The notes below the pieces were generated by a model. It searched no databases and was not told where the DNA came from. It saw only the letters and a list, made by a program, of their open reading frames with translations. This document shows, piece by piece, positions 34,548-46,745 of a DNA stretch of 64,000 nt. Source of the stretch: Squalus acanthias (taxonomy: Eukaryota); contig CM059431.1 of the NCBI GenBank assembly GCA_030390025.1, positions 147,500,001 through 147,564,000 of the forward strand, written 5' to 3'. A program made the translations under genes and the position numbers. Each line of letters starts with the position of its first letter. Position 1 is the stretch's first letter.

Positions 34548-37187
34548 CAGGAAACTCTTTATTAACCGGGACCGGCGTGGTGCCGGTTTATCGAAGGTAC
34601 CGGATAACGGAGAGTTATATCTACCGAGGCTATTTTTAACAAAGAAAAATAAATAAATCAAGAAATGTGCAGTATACAGTATTTGGGTACTCACCTACAG
34701 AATGTTGTGTTAAATGGATAGTGGAAGATGCTTGATTAAGTACAGTACTGCCAGTTGAGGGTAATCCATAACTCTTTAATTACTTAACAGTAAAACAAAA
34801 CTTATAAACGACTGTCTACAGTACTGTAATTGACTGTACACTTATTCCGAGTCATCTGGTTCATCAGAAATATCCGTGCCAGCTGGGTCATCAGGAACAC
34901 GCAGTTGCACCGATGCCACAGATTCTTCAGGCACTTCCGCTGCTGCGACTCTTTTGGAAGCTTTCTTAAACATGTTGCGGATGTCGGTTTGCTTAGTGGA
35001 CTCTTGCCTTTTCTGGAGAAAGGTGGAATGCAGAATATGGAGTTGCATAACTTCTTGTGCAGAGTAGCAAGTCTGCCTTTCAGCAAATTTGAGGATTGTA
35101 GAAAATCCGTCTGCAGCTTTAGCCCAAGAAATCTTCTCTTCTTCAGAAATCTCATCCTCTTCACTTTCCATCTCGCTTTCCTTTTCTTTCTTTGGATTCA
35201 AAACATCCTGAATTATTTCATCATCACTTAGCATATGCACAACACCAACTTCTCTATCTGCATCAACCCACTGCTCGATATCACTTTCACTGAGGTGATG
35301 TAGAGGGTTTGCTGGGCCTGCATTATTCACCATTCCAGCCACTTCCATTATTGTACTCTTCTTGGGACGAACACTGAACCCATGAAATTCCTCCTCTGAA
35401 GAAGAACCTTCAGCAAACATTACAGAAGGCCACAATTTGCGCCAGGCTTGCCTCAGAGTGTGACCTTTCACCAATTTCCAGGAACATGCAACATTATAGA
35501 TGGCATCTTTAATATTGTATTACTTTTGCAAATCTTGAATATTCTCATCTTGGCTTAGCAGTTTACATAGGAAGTCTTTCTTGTAATGACACTTCAGATT
35601 TTGGATAACGCCCTGGTCCATGGGTTGGATGAGAGAAGTTACATTTGGTGGCAAATAAATGGTGAAAATATTTCCCGAAACCAACTGGGATTCATGCGGA
35701 TGGTCTCTGCAATTATCAAGCAATAAAATGCATTTGCTATCTTCAGGTTTCCCTATTTTGCGGAAATGTTCCTTCACAGATGGAACAAAAATATGATGGA
35801 ACCAATCGGAGAAGATTTCCTTATCCATCCAAGCATTTTTTTGAGCTTTGTACTCAACAGGTAAGTGCCTCACATTTTTAAATGCACGGGGATTTTTATA
35901 CTTCCCGATAACAAGAAGTTTAACCCGGTGTGATCCAGCGGCGTACGCACAAGTTAGCACGGTTACACGATCTTTATTTTTCTTGTAACCTGAAGCATTA
36001 GCCTCACTAGCCCCAGCAAGCGTTGATTCTGGCAAAAACCTCCAAAACAAGCCAGTTTCATCGACATTGTAGATCTGTGCTGGCGACAAATCATGTTGCT
36101 GCACAATCCGATTGAAATAATCGCAGTATTCTTCTGCGGCGTCGTGATCAGCTGATTTCTTCTGCCCAGAAATATCGAGTCGTCGTATCCCGTGCCGTAA
36201 CTTGAAGCACGTTAGCCATCCATCAGAGAAAGCACACTTGTCAGTGAGCTCCATCCTTTCGGAGAAATCCTTCGCTTTCTCGATTAGCATGGGTCCGGAA
36301 ATTGGAACACCCTCTTAACGCTTAAGAGAAAACCATTCATAAAGCACGGTATCCAGCTCTTCAAGCTTAGGCTTACGAAGCGTACGCCGTTTCTCTACAC
36401 TCTTAGATGTCTCCGAGCTTGAATAAAACTTGAGCAGCTTATCCTTCTGCGATTTGATGTCGTAGATTGTTGACGAACCGATTTTGAATTCATTCATAAT
36501 GTTGATACGCTTCTCTCCCCTTTCTAGTCGTTGGCATATCTCGATTTTCTGTTTTAAAGTTAAGACCACTCTCTTCCTTTTGCTTGGACCAGCTTTTGGG
36601 AATTCCATAATGCAAGATGGAGGAGATAATTGCCGATGAAGATGGAAAGACACATAGAACAATGGTGGATCGGAAGAGACTACCAGCAGCGTGGCAGACA
36701 CACAGCAAAATGGTGGATCAGAAGAGACTACAGTACCAGCAGCGTGGGAGACACACAGCAAAATGGTGGATCGGAAGAGACTACCAGTACCGGCAGCGTG
36801 GGAGACACACAGCAAAATGGTGGATCAGAAGAGACTACAGTACCAGCATCGTGGGAGACACACAGCAAAATGGCCGATCAGAAGAGACTCCCGGCAGCGC
36901 GGGAGAATCTACTCCTGCTACTGCAGTGTTTCGGACTTCCGACAGCGCCAGGAGGCCGAGTAGTGGCACTTTTGAAAACTACCCCTACTGACTAAATCGG
37001 CGTTCGCGGACTCGGGATCGGCAACATTGCCGGTTATTTGAGAGGAGTTTTCGGAGTACTCGGCGTTCGCGGGAGACTCGGACTCGGCAACATCGCCGGT
37101 TATTTGAGAGGAGTTTTTGGAGGATGATTTTTGTCGGTTAAGCGAGAATTCCGGATATTTGGGTGCCGGATAAACAAAAGTTTCCTG
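34548..37187 (-). mobile_element. Full-length Tigger/pogo (Tc1/mariner superfamily) DNA transposon, 2640 bp
   Basis: Imperfect TIRs CAGGAAACTCTTTATTAACCGG / CCGGATAAACAAAAGTTTCCTG, TA TSD at 34546-34547 and 37188-37189. Confidence 0.93.
34842..36608 (-). pseudogene. Tigger-type transposase (CENP-B-like HTH + DD32D), two in-frame stops
   Basis: [43 protein letters not shown]; single frame broken only by TAA at 36315 and 35520. Confidence 0.92.
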
Positions 37188-38094
37188 TACTGTGCACAGT
37201 TCTGGTCTCCATATCACATTAGGAGCACTGTGCACAGTTCTGGTCTCCATATCACACTTGGAGCACTGTGCACAGTTCTGGTCTCCATATCACACTTGGA
37301 GCACTGTGCACAGTTCTGGTCTCCATATCACACTTGGAATACTGTGCACAGTTCTGGTCTCCATATCACACTTGGAGCACTGTGTACAGTTCTGGTCTCC
37401 ATATCACACTTGGAGCACTGTGCACAGTTCTGGTCTGCATATCACACTTGGAGCACTGTGTATAGTTCTGGTCTCCATATCACACTTGGAGCACTGTGCA
37501 CAGTTCTGGTCTCCATATCACACTTAGAGCACTGTGCACAGTTCTGGTCTCCATATCACACTTGGAGCACTGTGCACAGTTCTGGTCTCCATATCACACT
37601 CGGAGCACTGTGCACAGTTCTGGTCTCCATATCACACTTTGATCTTGGCTCAGCCTGCCTCCAGCCCAGTTTGGGAGGGGAGCTTGCTGTGAGCAGATTG
37701 GGTCACACATTTCCCTTCATTGAAAGACTTTTGCATTTCTACAGCGCCTTTCACCTCCTCCGGCACGTCCCAAAGCGCTTCACAGGCAATGAAGTGCTTT
37801 GTTTTTGAAGTGTTGTAATGTAGGAAACGCGGCAGCCCATTGGCGCACAGCAAGATCCAATGTGATAATGACCAGATCGTCTGTTTTAGTGATGTTGTTG
37901 GAGGGATTAATATTGGCCCCAGGACACCGGGGATAACTCTCCCCAGCTCTTCTTCAGAATAGTAAAAAAAGAAAGACTTGCATTTCTATAGCGCCATTCA
38001 CGACCACCGGTCGTCCCAACGCACTTTACAGCCAATGAAGTACTTTTGAAATGTATTCATCTGAGAGGGCAGACAGGGCCCTGGTTTAATGTCT

Positions 38095-39772
38095 CCTCCG
38101 ACAGTGCAGCACTCCCTCAGTACTGACCCTCCGACAGTGCAGCGCTCCCTCAGTACAGCCCCTCCGACAGTGCAGTGCTCCCTCAGTCCTGCCTCTCCGA
38201 CAGTGCAGCACACCCTCACTACTGACCCTCCGACAGTGCAGCTCTCCCTCAGTACTGCCCCTCCGACAGTGCAGCGCTCCCTCGGTACTGACCCTCTGAC
38301 AGTGCAGCGCTCCCTCAGTACTGCCCCTCCGACAGTGCAGCGCTCCCTCAGTACTGCCCCTCCGACAGTGCTGCGCTCCCTCTGTACTGACCCTCCGGCA
38401 GTGCAGCGCTCCCTCAATACTACCCCTCCGACAGTGCAGCGCTCCCTCAGTACTGCCCTTCCGACAGTGCGGCGCTCCCTCAGTACTGCCCCTCCGACAG
38501 TGCAGCGCTCCCTCAGTACAGCCCCTCCAACAGTGCAGCGCTTCCTCAGTACAGCCCCTCCGACAGTGCAGCGCTCCCTAAATACAGCCCCTCCGACAGT
38601 GCGGCGTTCCCTCAGTACTGCCCCTCCGACAGTGCAGCGCTCCCTCAGTACAGCCCCTCTGACAGTGCGGCGCTCCCTCAGTACTGCCCCTCCGACAGTG
38701 CAGCGCTCCCTCAGTACAGCCCCTCCGACAGTGCGGCGTTCCCTCAGTACTGCCCCCCCCGACATGCGGCGCTCCCTCAGTACTGCCCCTCCGACAGTGC
38801 AGCGCTCCCTCAGTACTGCCCTTCCGACAGTGCGGCGCTCCCTCAGTACTGCCCCTCCGACAGTGCAGCGCTCCCTCAGTACAGCCCCTCCGACAGTGCA
38901 GCGCTTCCTCAGTATAGCCCCTCCGACAGTGCAGCGCTCCCTAAATACAGCCCCTCCGACAGTGCGGCGTTCCCTCAGTACTGCCCCTCCGACAGTGCAG
39001 CGCTCCCTCAGTACAGCCCCTCTGACAGTGCGGCGCTCCTCAGTACTGCCCCTCCGACAGTGCAGCGCTCCTCAGTACAGCCCCTCCGACAGTGCGGCGT
39101 TCCCTCAGTACTGCCTCCCCCGACATGCGGCCTCCCTCAGTACTGCCCCTCCACAGTGCCGCGCTCCCTCAGTACTACTGCCCCTCCGACAGTGCAGCTT
39201 TCCCTCAGTACTGCCCCTCCGACAGCAGCGCTCCTCAGTACTGCCCTCCGACAGTGCAGCGCTCCCTCAGTACTGCCCCTCCGACTGTGCAGCACTGCCT
39301 CAGTACTGCCCTCCGACAGTGCAGCGTTCCCTCAGTACTGACCCTCCGACAGTGCAGCGCTCCTCAGTACATCCCCTCCGACAGTGCAGCGCTCCCTAAA
39401 TAAGCCCCTCGACAGTGCGGCGTTCCCTCAGTACTGCCCTCCGACAGTGCAGCGCTCCCTCAGTATAGCCCCTCTGACAGTGCGGCGCTCCCTCAGTACT
39501 GCCCCTCCGACAGTGCAGCGCTCCCTCAGTACAGCCCCTCCGACAGTGCGGCGTTCCCTCAGTACTGCCTCCCCCGACATGCGGCGCTCCCTCAGTACTG
39601 CCCCTCCGACAGTGCCGCGCTCCCTCAGTACTGCCCCTCCGACAGTGCAGCGTTCCCTCAGTACTACCCCTCCGACAGTGCAGCACTGCTTCAGTACTGC
39701 CCCTCCGACAGTGCAGCGTTCCCTCAGTACTGACCCTCCGACAGTGCAGCGCTCCCTCAGTACTGCCCCTCC
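38095..39772 (-). repeat. 33-bp SINE-derived minisatellite (a further array at 40830-41152 with SINE head to about 41285)
   Basis: Tandem unit as above, preceded by SINE tail fragments at 37725-38090. Confidence 0.92.
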
Positions 39773-39774
39773 GT

Positions 39775-40772
39775 ACTCCCTACCTAACAGCACTGTGGGA
39801 GTATCTTCACCACACGGACTGCAGCGGTTCAAGAAGGCAGCTCACCACCACCTTCTCAAGGGCAACTAGGGATGGGCAATAAATGCTGGCCTTGCTAGCG
39901 ACGCCCACATCCCACAAACAAATGAAAAAAATGTGCTGTTAGGGAGGGACTTCCAAGATTTTGACCCAGCGACGATGAAGGATCGGCAATATACTTTTAA
40001 TCAGGATGGTGTGTGACTTGGAGAGGAACTTGGAGGTGGTGGTGTTCCCAAGCGCCTGCTGCCCTTGTCCTTCTAGGTGGAAGAGGTCGCGGGTTTGGGA
40101 GGTGCTGCCGAAGAAGCCTTGGCGAGTTGCTGCAGTGCATCTTGTAGATGGTACACACTGCAGCCACAGTACGCCGGTGGTGGAGGGAGTGAATGTTTAA
40201 GGTGGTGGATGGGGTGCCAATCAAGCGGGCTGCTTTGTCCTGGATGATATCGAGCTTCTTGAGTGTTGTTGGAGCTGCAACTCATCCAGGCAAGTGGAGA
40301 GTATTCCATCACACTCCTGACTTGTGCCTTGTAGATGGTGGAAAGGCTTTGGGAAGTCAGGAGGTGAGACACTCGCCGCACAATACCCTACCTCTGACCT
40401 GCTCTTGTTGCCACAGTATTTATGTGGCTGGTCCAGTTAAGTTTCTGATCAATGGTGACCCCCAGGATGTTGATGGTGGGGGATCCGGCGATGGTGATGC
40501 CATTGAATGTCAAGGGGAGGTGGTTAGACTCTTGCTTGTTGGCGATAGTCATTGCCTGGCACTTCTGTGGCGAGAATATTACCTGCCACTTATCAGCCCA
40601 AGCCTGAACGTCGTCCAGGTCTTGTTGCATGCAGGCATGGACTGCTTCATTGTCTGAGGAGCCTGTGAATGGCGCTGAACACTGTGCAGTCATCAGCGAA
40701 CATCCCCATTTCTGACCTTATGTTGGAGGGAAGGTCATTGATGAAGCAGCTGAAGACAGTTGGGCCTAGGAC
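39775..40772 (-). mobile_element. CR1/L2-group (Jockey-like) LINE 3' fragment with inverted 3' terminus
   Basis: QQDLDDVQAWADKWQ, ILGVTIDQKLNW, YKAQVRSVMEYS on minus strand; 3' UTR + A-rich tail on plus strand at 39775-39931. Confidence 0.8.
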
Positions 40773-41372
40773 ACTTTTGAAGTGTATTCACCTGAGGGGA
40801 CAGTCGGGGCCTCGGTTTAATGTATCATCCAACAGTGCAGCACTCCCTCAGTACTGCCCCTCCGACAGTGCAGCGCTCCCTCAGTACTGCCCCATCCGAC
40901 AGTGCAGCACTCCCTCAGTACTGCCCCTCAGACAGTGCAGCTCTCCCTCAGTACTGCCCCTCCGACAGTGCAGTGCACCCTCAGTGCTGCCCCTCCGACA
41001 GTGCAGGGCTCCCTCAGTACTGCCCCTCCGACAGTGCGGCGCTCCCTCAGTACTGTCCCTCCGACAGTGTAGCACTCCCTCAGTACTGCCCCTCCGACAG
41101 TGCGGCACTCCCTCAGTACTGACCCTCCGACAGTGCAGCACTCCCTCAGTCCTGGACAACCAGGGAGTGTCAGCCTGGGATTATGGAGCTCGAGTCTCTG
41201 GAGTGGAGAATCTGGAACCCACGACCGTCTGACTCAGAGGCGAGAGAGAGAGAGAGACTGAGACCCACTGAGCCACGACTGACAGGTAGGAAAGAAAGTC
41301 ATTGATCAGGAAGATATGTAGCAGGAGAGGACAAAGGGTTTGGGGAATTGAAGTCAGCGTTGTGGTACTCAC

Positions 41373-41409
41373 AGGACGTCAGGAACAGAATGTGAAACAG
41401 CCACTCCAT
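41373..41409 (-). CDS. Putative leader exon copy D, MEWLFHILFLTS, GT donor
   Basis: ATGGAGTGGCTGTTTCACATTCTGTTCCTGACGTCCT|GTGAGT. Confidence 0.55.
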
Positions 41410-41495
41410 CTTTACTTCAACGCAAGGATTTCGGCAATAAACCAACTCGTCTTCACTATCAGGTGCATTCTGCAAGAAATGAGTCGACTACGTGA

Positions 41496-41515
41496 GAAAG
41501 TGAAACCACTTCCTG
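41496..41515. promoter_or_regulatory. ISRE-like GAAAGTGAAA plus adjacent ETS site ACTTCCTG upstream of leader exon D
   Basis: GAGAAAGTGAAACCACTTCCTG about 90 bp upstream of the ATG. Confidence 0.55.
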
Positions 41516-42070
41516 TGGGTGGTTCGAATCACCCCTTCTACTTAGTTCCAGACGACAGGAATTGCAGTGAACAGGGTTGGAACACAGACAAGCTTTTCAG
41601 ACTCAACCGTACGGTGTTTAATAATAACACACACACCCGCCTCCAGTATGTAAAATGCCTGGTGGCGTACCACAAACTACAACAATACAACTTGGCCCGT
41701 CGAACAGGCCCCTGTCTGGTGTTAAGACGCCTAAAATCGCACTGTGTTGCTATACAGAGTACAACATGAACTTGTTCCACAAACCCCGGAACATACACTA
41801 TATAATACACACACAACCTCCCCACTAAACCCCTCTGGATTGGTTGGGACACACAACACCCCCTCACACAGTACCGGTGGTCTTAAGGATGCGTGGGCTT
41901 GGACAATGCTCGCCCCGATTGTCCGTTTTCTTGCTCGCTGCTCCCCCGTGTAGAGCGCGTCTCCTGGTTCCGGATCGCCGATGCAGTATCCAGGTCCCAG
42001 TTTCGAGGTTCGTTCCTACAGTCGAAGAGCAGGGCGAGGCTCTTGTCGCTCGTGGTGGCTTAGAGCAAGC

Positions 42071-42104
<34 letters not shown>

Positions 42105-42110
42105 GGCCAA
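41514..42110 (-). mobile_element. Possible truncated LTR-like insertion
   Basis: Begins with TG where homology with the other leader-exon units stops; minus-strand ATTAAA near 41617; (GA)n tract; no second terminus or TSD seen. Confidence 0.3.
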
Positions 42111-42114
42111 ATCT

Positions 42115-44080
42115 GAAGGAGGTTACAGAGATAGGGAGGGTTGTAGGGGCTGGAGGAGGTGACAGGGATAGGGAGGGTTGTAGGGGCTGGAGGAGGTTAC
42201 AGAGATAGTGAGGGTTGTAGGGCTGGAGTAGGTGACAGAGATAGGGAGAATTGTAAGGCTGGAGGAGGTTACAGAGATAGGGAGGATTGTAGGGCTGGAG
42301 GAGGTTACAGAGATAGGGAGGGTTGTAGGGCTGGAGGAGGTTACAGAGATAGGGAGAATTGTAAGGCTGGAGGAGGTTACAGAGATAGGGAGGGTTGTAG
42401 GGCTGGAGGAGTTTACAGAGATAGGGAGAATTGTAAGGCTGGAGGAGGTTACAGAGATAGGGAGGGTTTTAGGGCTGGAGGAGGTTACAGAGATAGGGAG
42501 GGTTGTAGGGCTGGAGGAGGTTACAGAGATAGGGTGGGTTGTAGGGCTGGAGGAGGTTACAGAGATAGGGAGGGTTGTTGGGGCTGGAGGAGGTTACAGA
42601 GATAGGGAGATGGGTGATGCCGTCAGGGACTTGTTGTTTCCTAAACCTCACTCCTCAGCTAACTCAGCACAGGCCGGGGATGGAGCCTGGGCCTTTCCTG
42701 CTCTGTGTGTGTGTGTGTGGGGTCTGATCATTGGAACTCAAATCAGGAGATGACCAAACGCCCTCTGGTTCCTCCTCATCAATAAACCGCCCGCACTCCT
42801 CGATTAGATTCCAGACTTTAACGGTCAAACTTTAATCTTTAAACAACGATAATAAACGGCCCTAAACATGCGGGAAAATAATTCAGAAACCGTTCCCAGA
42901 CAATGGAGCATTCTGGAATAGTTCTTTGCCTCTTTGGAAAAAAACGATGGAGAAACAATCGACCACAAAACGATAACGTGCTCCCGACAAAAGATTCCAC
43001 CTCAAGGGTGAAATATTGTCCTCGGAGTGGGTGCAGCGAAGATTCACCAGAATGATACCGGGGCTAAAAGGGTTAAATTCCGAGGGCAGGTTGCACAGAC
43101 TAGGCTTGTATTCCCTCGAGTGTAGAAGATTAAGGGGCGATCGAATCGAGGTGTTTTAAGATGATTAAAGGAGTTGAGGGGGTCGATAGAGAGAAACTAT
43201 TTCCTCTGGTGGGGGGAGTCCAGAACAAGGGGGGCATCGCCTTAAAATTAGAGCCAGGCCGTTCAGGGGTGATGTCAGGAAGCACTTCTTCACACAAAGG
43301 GGAGTGGAAATCTGGAACTCTCTCCCCCAACAAAGCTGTTGAGGCTGGTGGGGGGTCAATTGAAAATTTCAAAACTGAGATTGATAGATTTTTCTTGGGT
43401 GAGGGTATTAAGGGTTACGGAACCAAGGCGGGTAGATGGACATAGCACACAGATCAACCATGATCTCATTGAATGGCGGAGCTGGCTCGAGGGGACCGAA
43501 TGAGGGAGCAGTCACTATAGGTTCATTCAACACCAACAACCTCATTGGTTGATCCCAAGGCTGGTAGATGGATGTTCTGATTGGTTGAACCCCAGGCTGG
43601 GATATGGATGTTCTGATTGGTTGATCCCAAGGCTGGTAGATGGATGTTCTGATTGGTTGATCCCGAGGCTGGGAGTTGGATGTTCTGATTGGTTGAATCA
43701 CAAGGCTGGTAGAAGGATCTCCTGATGGGTTTCTGGCCCAGTTGGGAGACGGAGGTGGACAATCCGCAGGAGATCCCGCCCATCTCTGCAAGGTCCTGAG
43801 GAACGAAAGGGATCTGAGACCACTTTGTGAGTTCCAGTGGTTCTGGATCCATTCTGGAACAGGATGGAAGTATTGAACCTGCCCTACTGCCACTCGCAAA
43901 GCCTCTCCTCCGGATCGTGACTCTCTCACTCATCCTCCAATAGCCACAGGTCCTCAACGGTCACATGTACAACCTTGGAAAGTAAGAGCGTACAGTCAGC
44001 GCAAAAACGGTTCAAGTCACCTCGCCCCCCACCGGCCAATCAGTCAACCTCACTAGTAGGAGCAGGATAATTGGTCAGTG
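42115..44080 (+). repeat. Diverged dispersed duplicate of about 5897-8140 (L2 repeat, unique sequence, CR1 3' end, CCAAT repeats)
   Basis: Collinear match such as GGTCTGATCATTGGAACTCAAATCAGGAGATGACC at 6800 and 42721. Confidence 0.9.
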
Positions 44081-45085
44081 TGAAGGGATCCTTACTCTGT
44101 ATCTAACCCGTGTTGTACCTGCCCTGGGAGTGTTTGATGGGACAGTGTAGAGGGAGCATTACTCTATATTTAACACTGTGCTGTACCTGCCCTGGGATTG
44201 TTTGATGGTACAGTTTAGAGGGAGCTTTACTCTGTATCTAACCCTTGCTGTACCTGCCCTGGGAGTGTTTGATGGGACAGTGTAGAGGGAGCTTTACTCT
44301 GTGTCTAACCCGGTGCGGTACCTGCCCTGGGAGTGTTGGATGGGACAGTGTAGAGGGAGCTTTACTCTGTATCTAACCCGTGCTGTACTTGCCCTGGGAT
44401 TGTTTGATGGAACAGTTTAGAGGGAGCTTTTCTCTGTATCTAACCCGTGCTGTACCAGCCCTGGGAGTGTTTGATGGGGCAGTGTAGAGGGATCTTTACT
44501 CTGTACTTAACCTGTGCTGTACCTTCCCTGGAAGTGTTTGATGGGACAGTGTAGAGGGAGCTTTACTCTGTATCTTATCCGTGCTGTACCTGCCCTGGGA
44601 TTGTTTCATGGGACAGTGTAGAGGGAGCTTTACTCTGTATCTAACCCGTGCTGCACCTGCCCTGGGAGTGTTTGATGGGACAGTTTAGAGGGATCTTTAC
44701 TCTGTACTTAACCTGTGCTGTACCTTCCCTGGAAGTGTTTGATGGGACAGCGTAGAGGGAGCTTTACTCTGTATCTTATCCGTGCTGTACCTGCCCTGGG
44801 ATTGTTTCATGGGACAGTGTAGAGGGAGCTTTACTCTGTATCTAACCCGTGCTGTACCTACCCTGGGAGTGTTTGATGATGCGGAGATGCCGGTGTTGGA
44901 CTGGGGTGGACAAAATTGGGAGGTCGCACAACACCAGGTTATAGTCCAACAGTTTTATTTTAAATCACAAGCTTTCGGAGTTACAACTCCTTCGGCGGGT
45001 GATGTGAGGAGATGGGACAGTGCAGAGGGAGCTTTACTCTGTATCTAACCCGTGCTGTACCTGCCCTGGGAGTGTTGGATGGGAC
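44078..45085 (+). repeat. 67-bp satellite
   Basis: Same unit as 8135-8420. Confidence 0.92.
44875..45005 (-). mobile_element. Isolated terminal fragment of the Penelope-like element
   Basis: Reverse complement matches 63444-63570. Confidence 0.8.
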
Positions 45086-46745
45086 TAATCCAAACTAATC
45101 CACTGCCCCGCTGTCTCCCCATAGCCCTGTATCTATCCCAAACTAATCCCACTGCCCCACTCTCTCCCCATTGCCCTGTATCAAACCCAAACTAGTCCCA
45201 ATGCCCCACTCTCTCCCCATAGCCCTGTATCAATCCCAAACTAATCCCACTGCCCCGCTCTCTCGCCATAGCCCTTTATCAATCCCAAACTAATCCCACT
45301 GCCCCGCTCTCTCCCCATAGCCCTGTATCAATCCCAAACTAATCCCATTGCCCTACTCTCTCCCCATAGCTCTCTATCAATCCCAAACTATTCCCACTGT
45401 CCCGCTCTCTCCGCATACCCCAGTATCAATCCAGAACTAATACCACTGCCCTGCTCTCTCCCCATAGCTCTCTATCAATCCCAAACTAATCACACAGCCC
45501 CGCTCTCTCCCCATAGCCCTGTATCATTCACAAACCAATCCCACTGCCCCGCTCTCTCCCCATAGCCCTGTATCATTCCTAAACTAATCCCACTGCCCCA
45601 CTCTCTCCCCATAGCCCTGTATCAATCCCAAATTAACCCGACTGCCCCGCCCTCTCCCCATAGCCCTGTATCAATCCCCAAACTAATCCCACTGCCCCGC
45701 TCTCTCCCCATAGCCCTGTATCAATCCCAAACTAATCCCACTGCCGCTCTCTCTCCCCATAGCCCTGTATCAATCCCAAACTAATCCCATTGCCCTGCTC
45801 TCTCCCCATAGCCCTGGCTCAATCACAAACTAATCACACTGCCCTACTCTCTCCCCATAGCTCTCTATCAATCCCAAACTATTCCCACTGTCCCGCTCTC
45901 TCCGCATACCCCAGTATCAATCCCAAACTAATCACACAGCCCCGCTCTCTCCCCATAGCCCTGTATCATTCACAAACCAATCCCACTGCCCCGCTCTCTC
46001 CCCATAGCCCTGTATCATTCCTAAACTAATCCCACTGCCCCACTCTGTCCCCATAGCCCTGTATCAATCCCAAATTAACCCGACTGCCCCGCTCTCTCCC
46101 CATAGCCCTGTATCAATCCCCAAACTAATCCCACTGCCCCGCTCTCTCCCCATAGCCCTGTATCAATCTCAAACAAATCCCACTGCCCCTCTCTCTCCCT
46201 ATAGCCCTGTATCAATCCCAAACTAATCCCACTACCCCTCTCTCTCCCCATAGCCCTGTATCAATCCGCAAATTAATCCCACGCCCCGCTCTCTCCCCAT
46301 AGCCCTGTATCAATCCCAAACTAATCCCAGTACACCGCTCTCTCCCCATAGCCCTGTATCAATCCCCAAACTAATCCCACTGCCCCACTCTCTCCCCATA
46401 GCCCTGTATCAATCCCAAACTAATCCCACTGCCCCACTCTCTCCCCATAGCCCTGGATCAATCCCAAACTAATCCCACTGCCCCGCTCTCTCCCCATAGC
46501 CCTGTATCAATCCCCAAACTAATCCCACTGCCCCGCTCTCTCCCCATAGCCCTGTATCAATCCCAAACTAATCCCACTGCCCCACTCTCTCCCCATAGCC
46601 CTGTATCAATCCCCAAACTAATCACACTGCCCCGCTCTATCCCCATAGCACTGTATTAAACCCAAGCTAATCCCACTGCCCCGCTCTATCCCCATAGCAC
46701 TGTATCAATCCCTAACTAATCCCACTGCCCCGCTCTCCATCCATA
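45085..46745 (-). repeat. 47-bp minisatellite derived from the CR1 ORF2 end (further arrays at 49345-50015, 52990-54250, 61868-62817, 63573-64000)
   Basis: CCCAAACTAATCCCACTGCCCCGCTCTCTCCCCATAGCCCTGTATCAAT; minus translation IQGYGERAGQWD matches CR1 terminal KGYEERAGK. Confidence 0.88.

Larger units (their letters stand above)
34140..37640 (+). repeat. 38-bp CR1-derived minisatellite split by the Tigger insertion
   Basis: Array at 34140-34547 continues in register at 37188-37640. Confidence 0.9.

Noticed and set aside
34842..36608. Domesticated TIGD/JRK-like host gene
   Set aside because: Retains TIRs and TA TSD, sits within a minisatellite and has two premature stops, so it is a transposon copy
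43523..43957. 144-aa ORF with STNQNIHLPA repeats (related ORFs at 7603-7994)
   Set aside because: Derived from the 36-bp CCAAT repeat; frame not conserved between the two copies and a stop precedes it after the candidate acceptor
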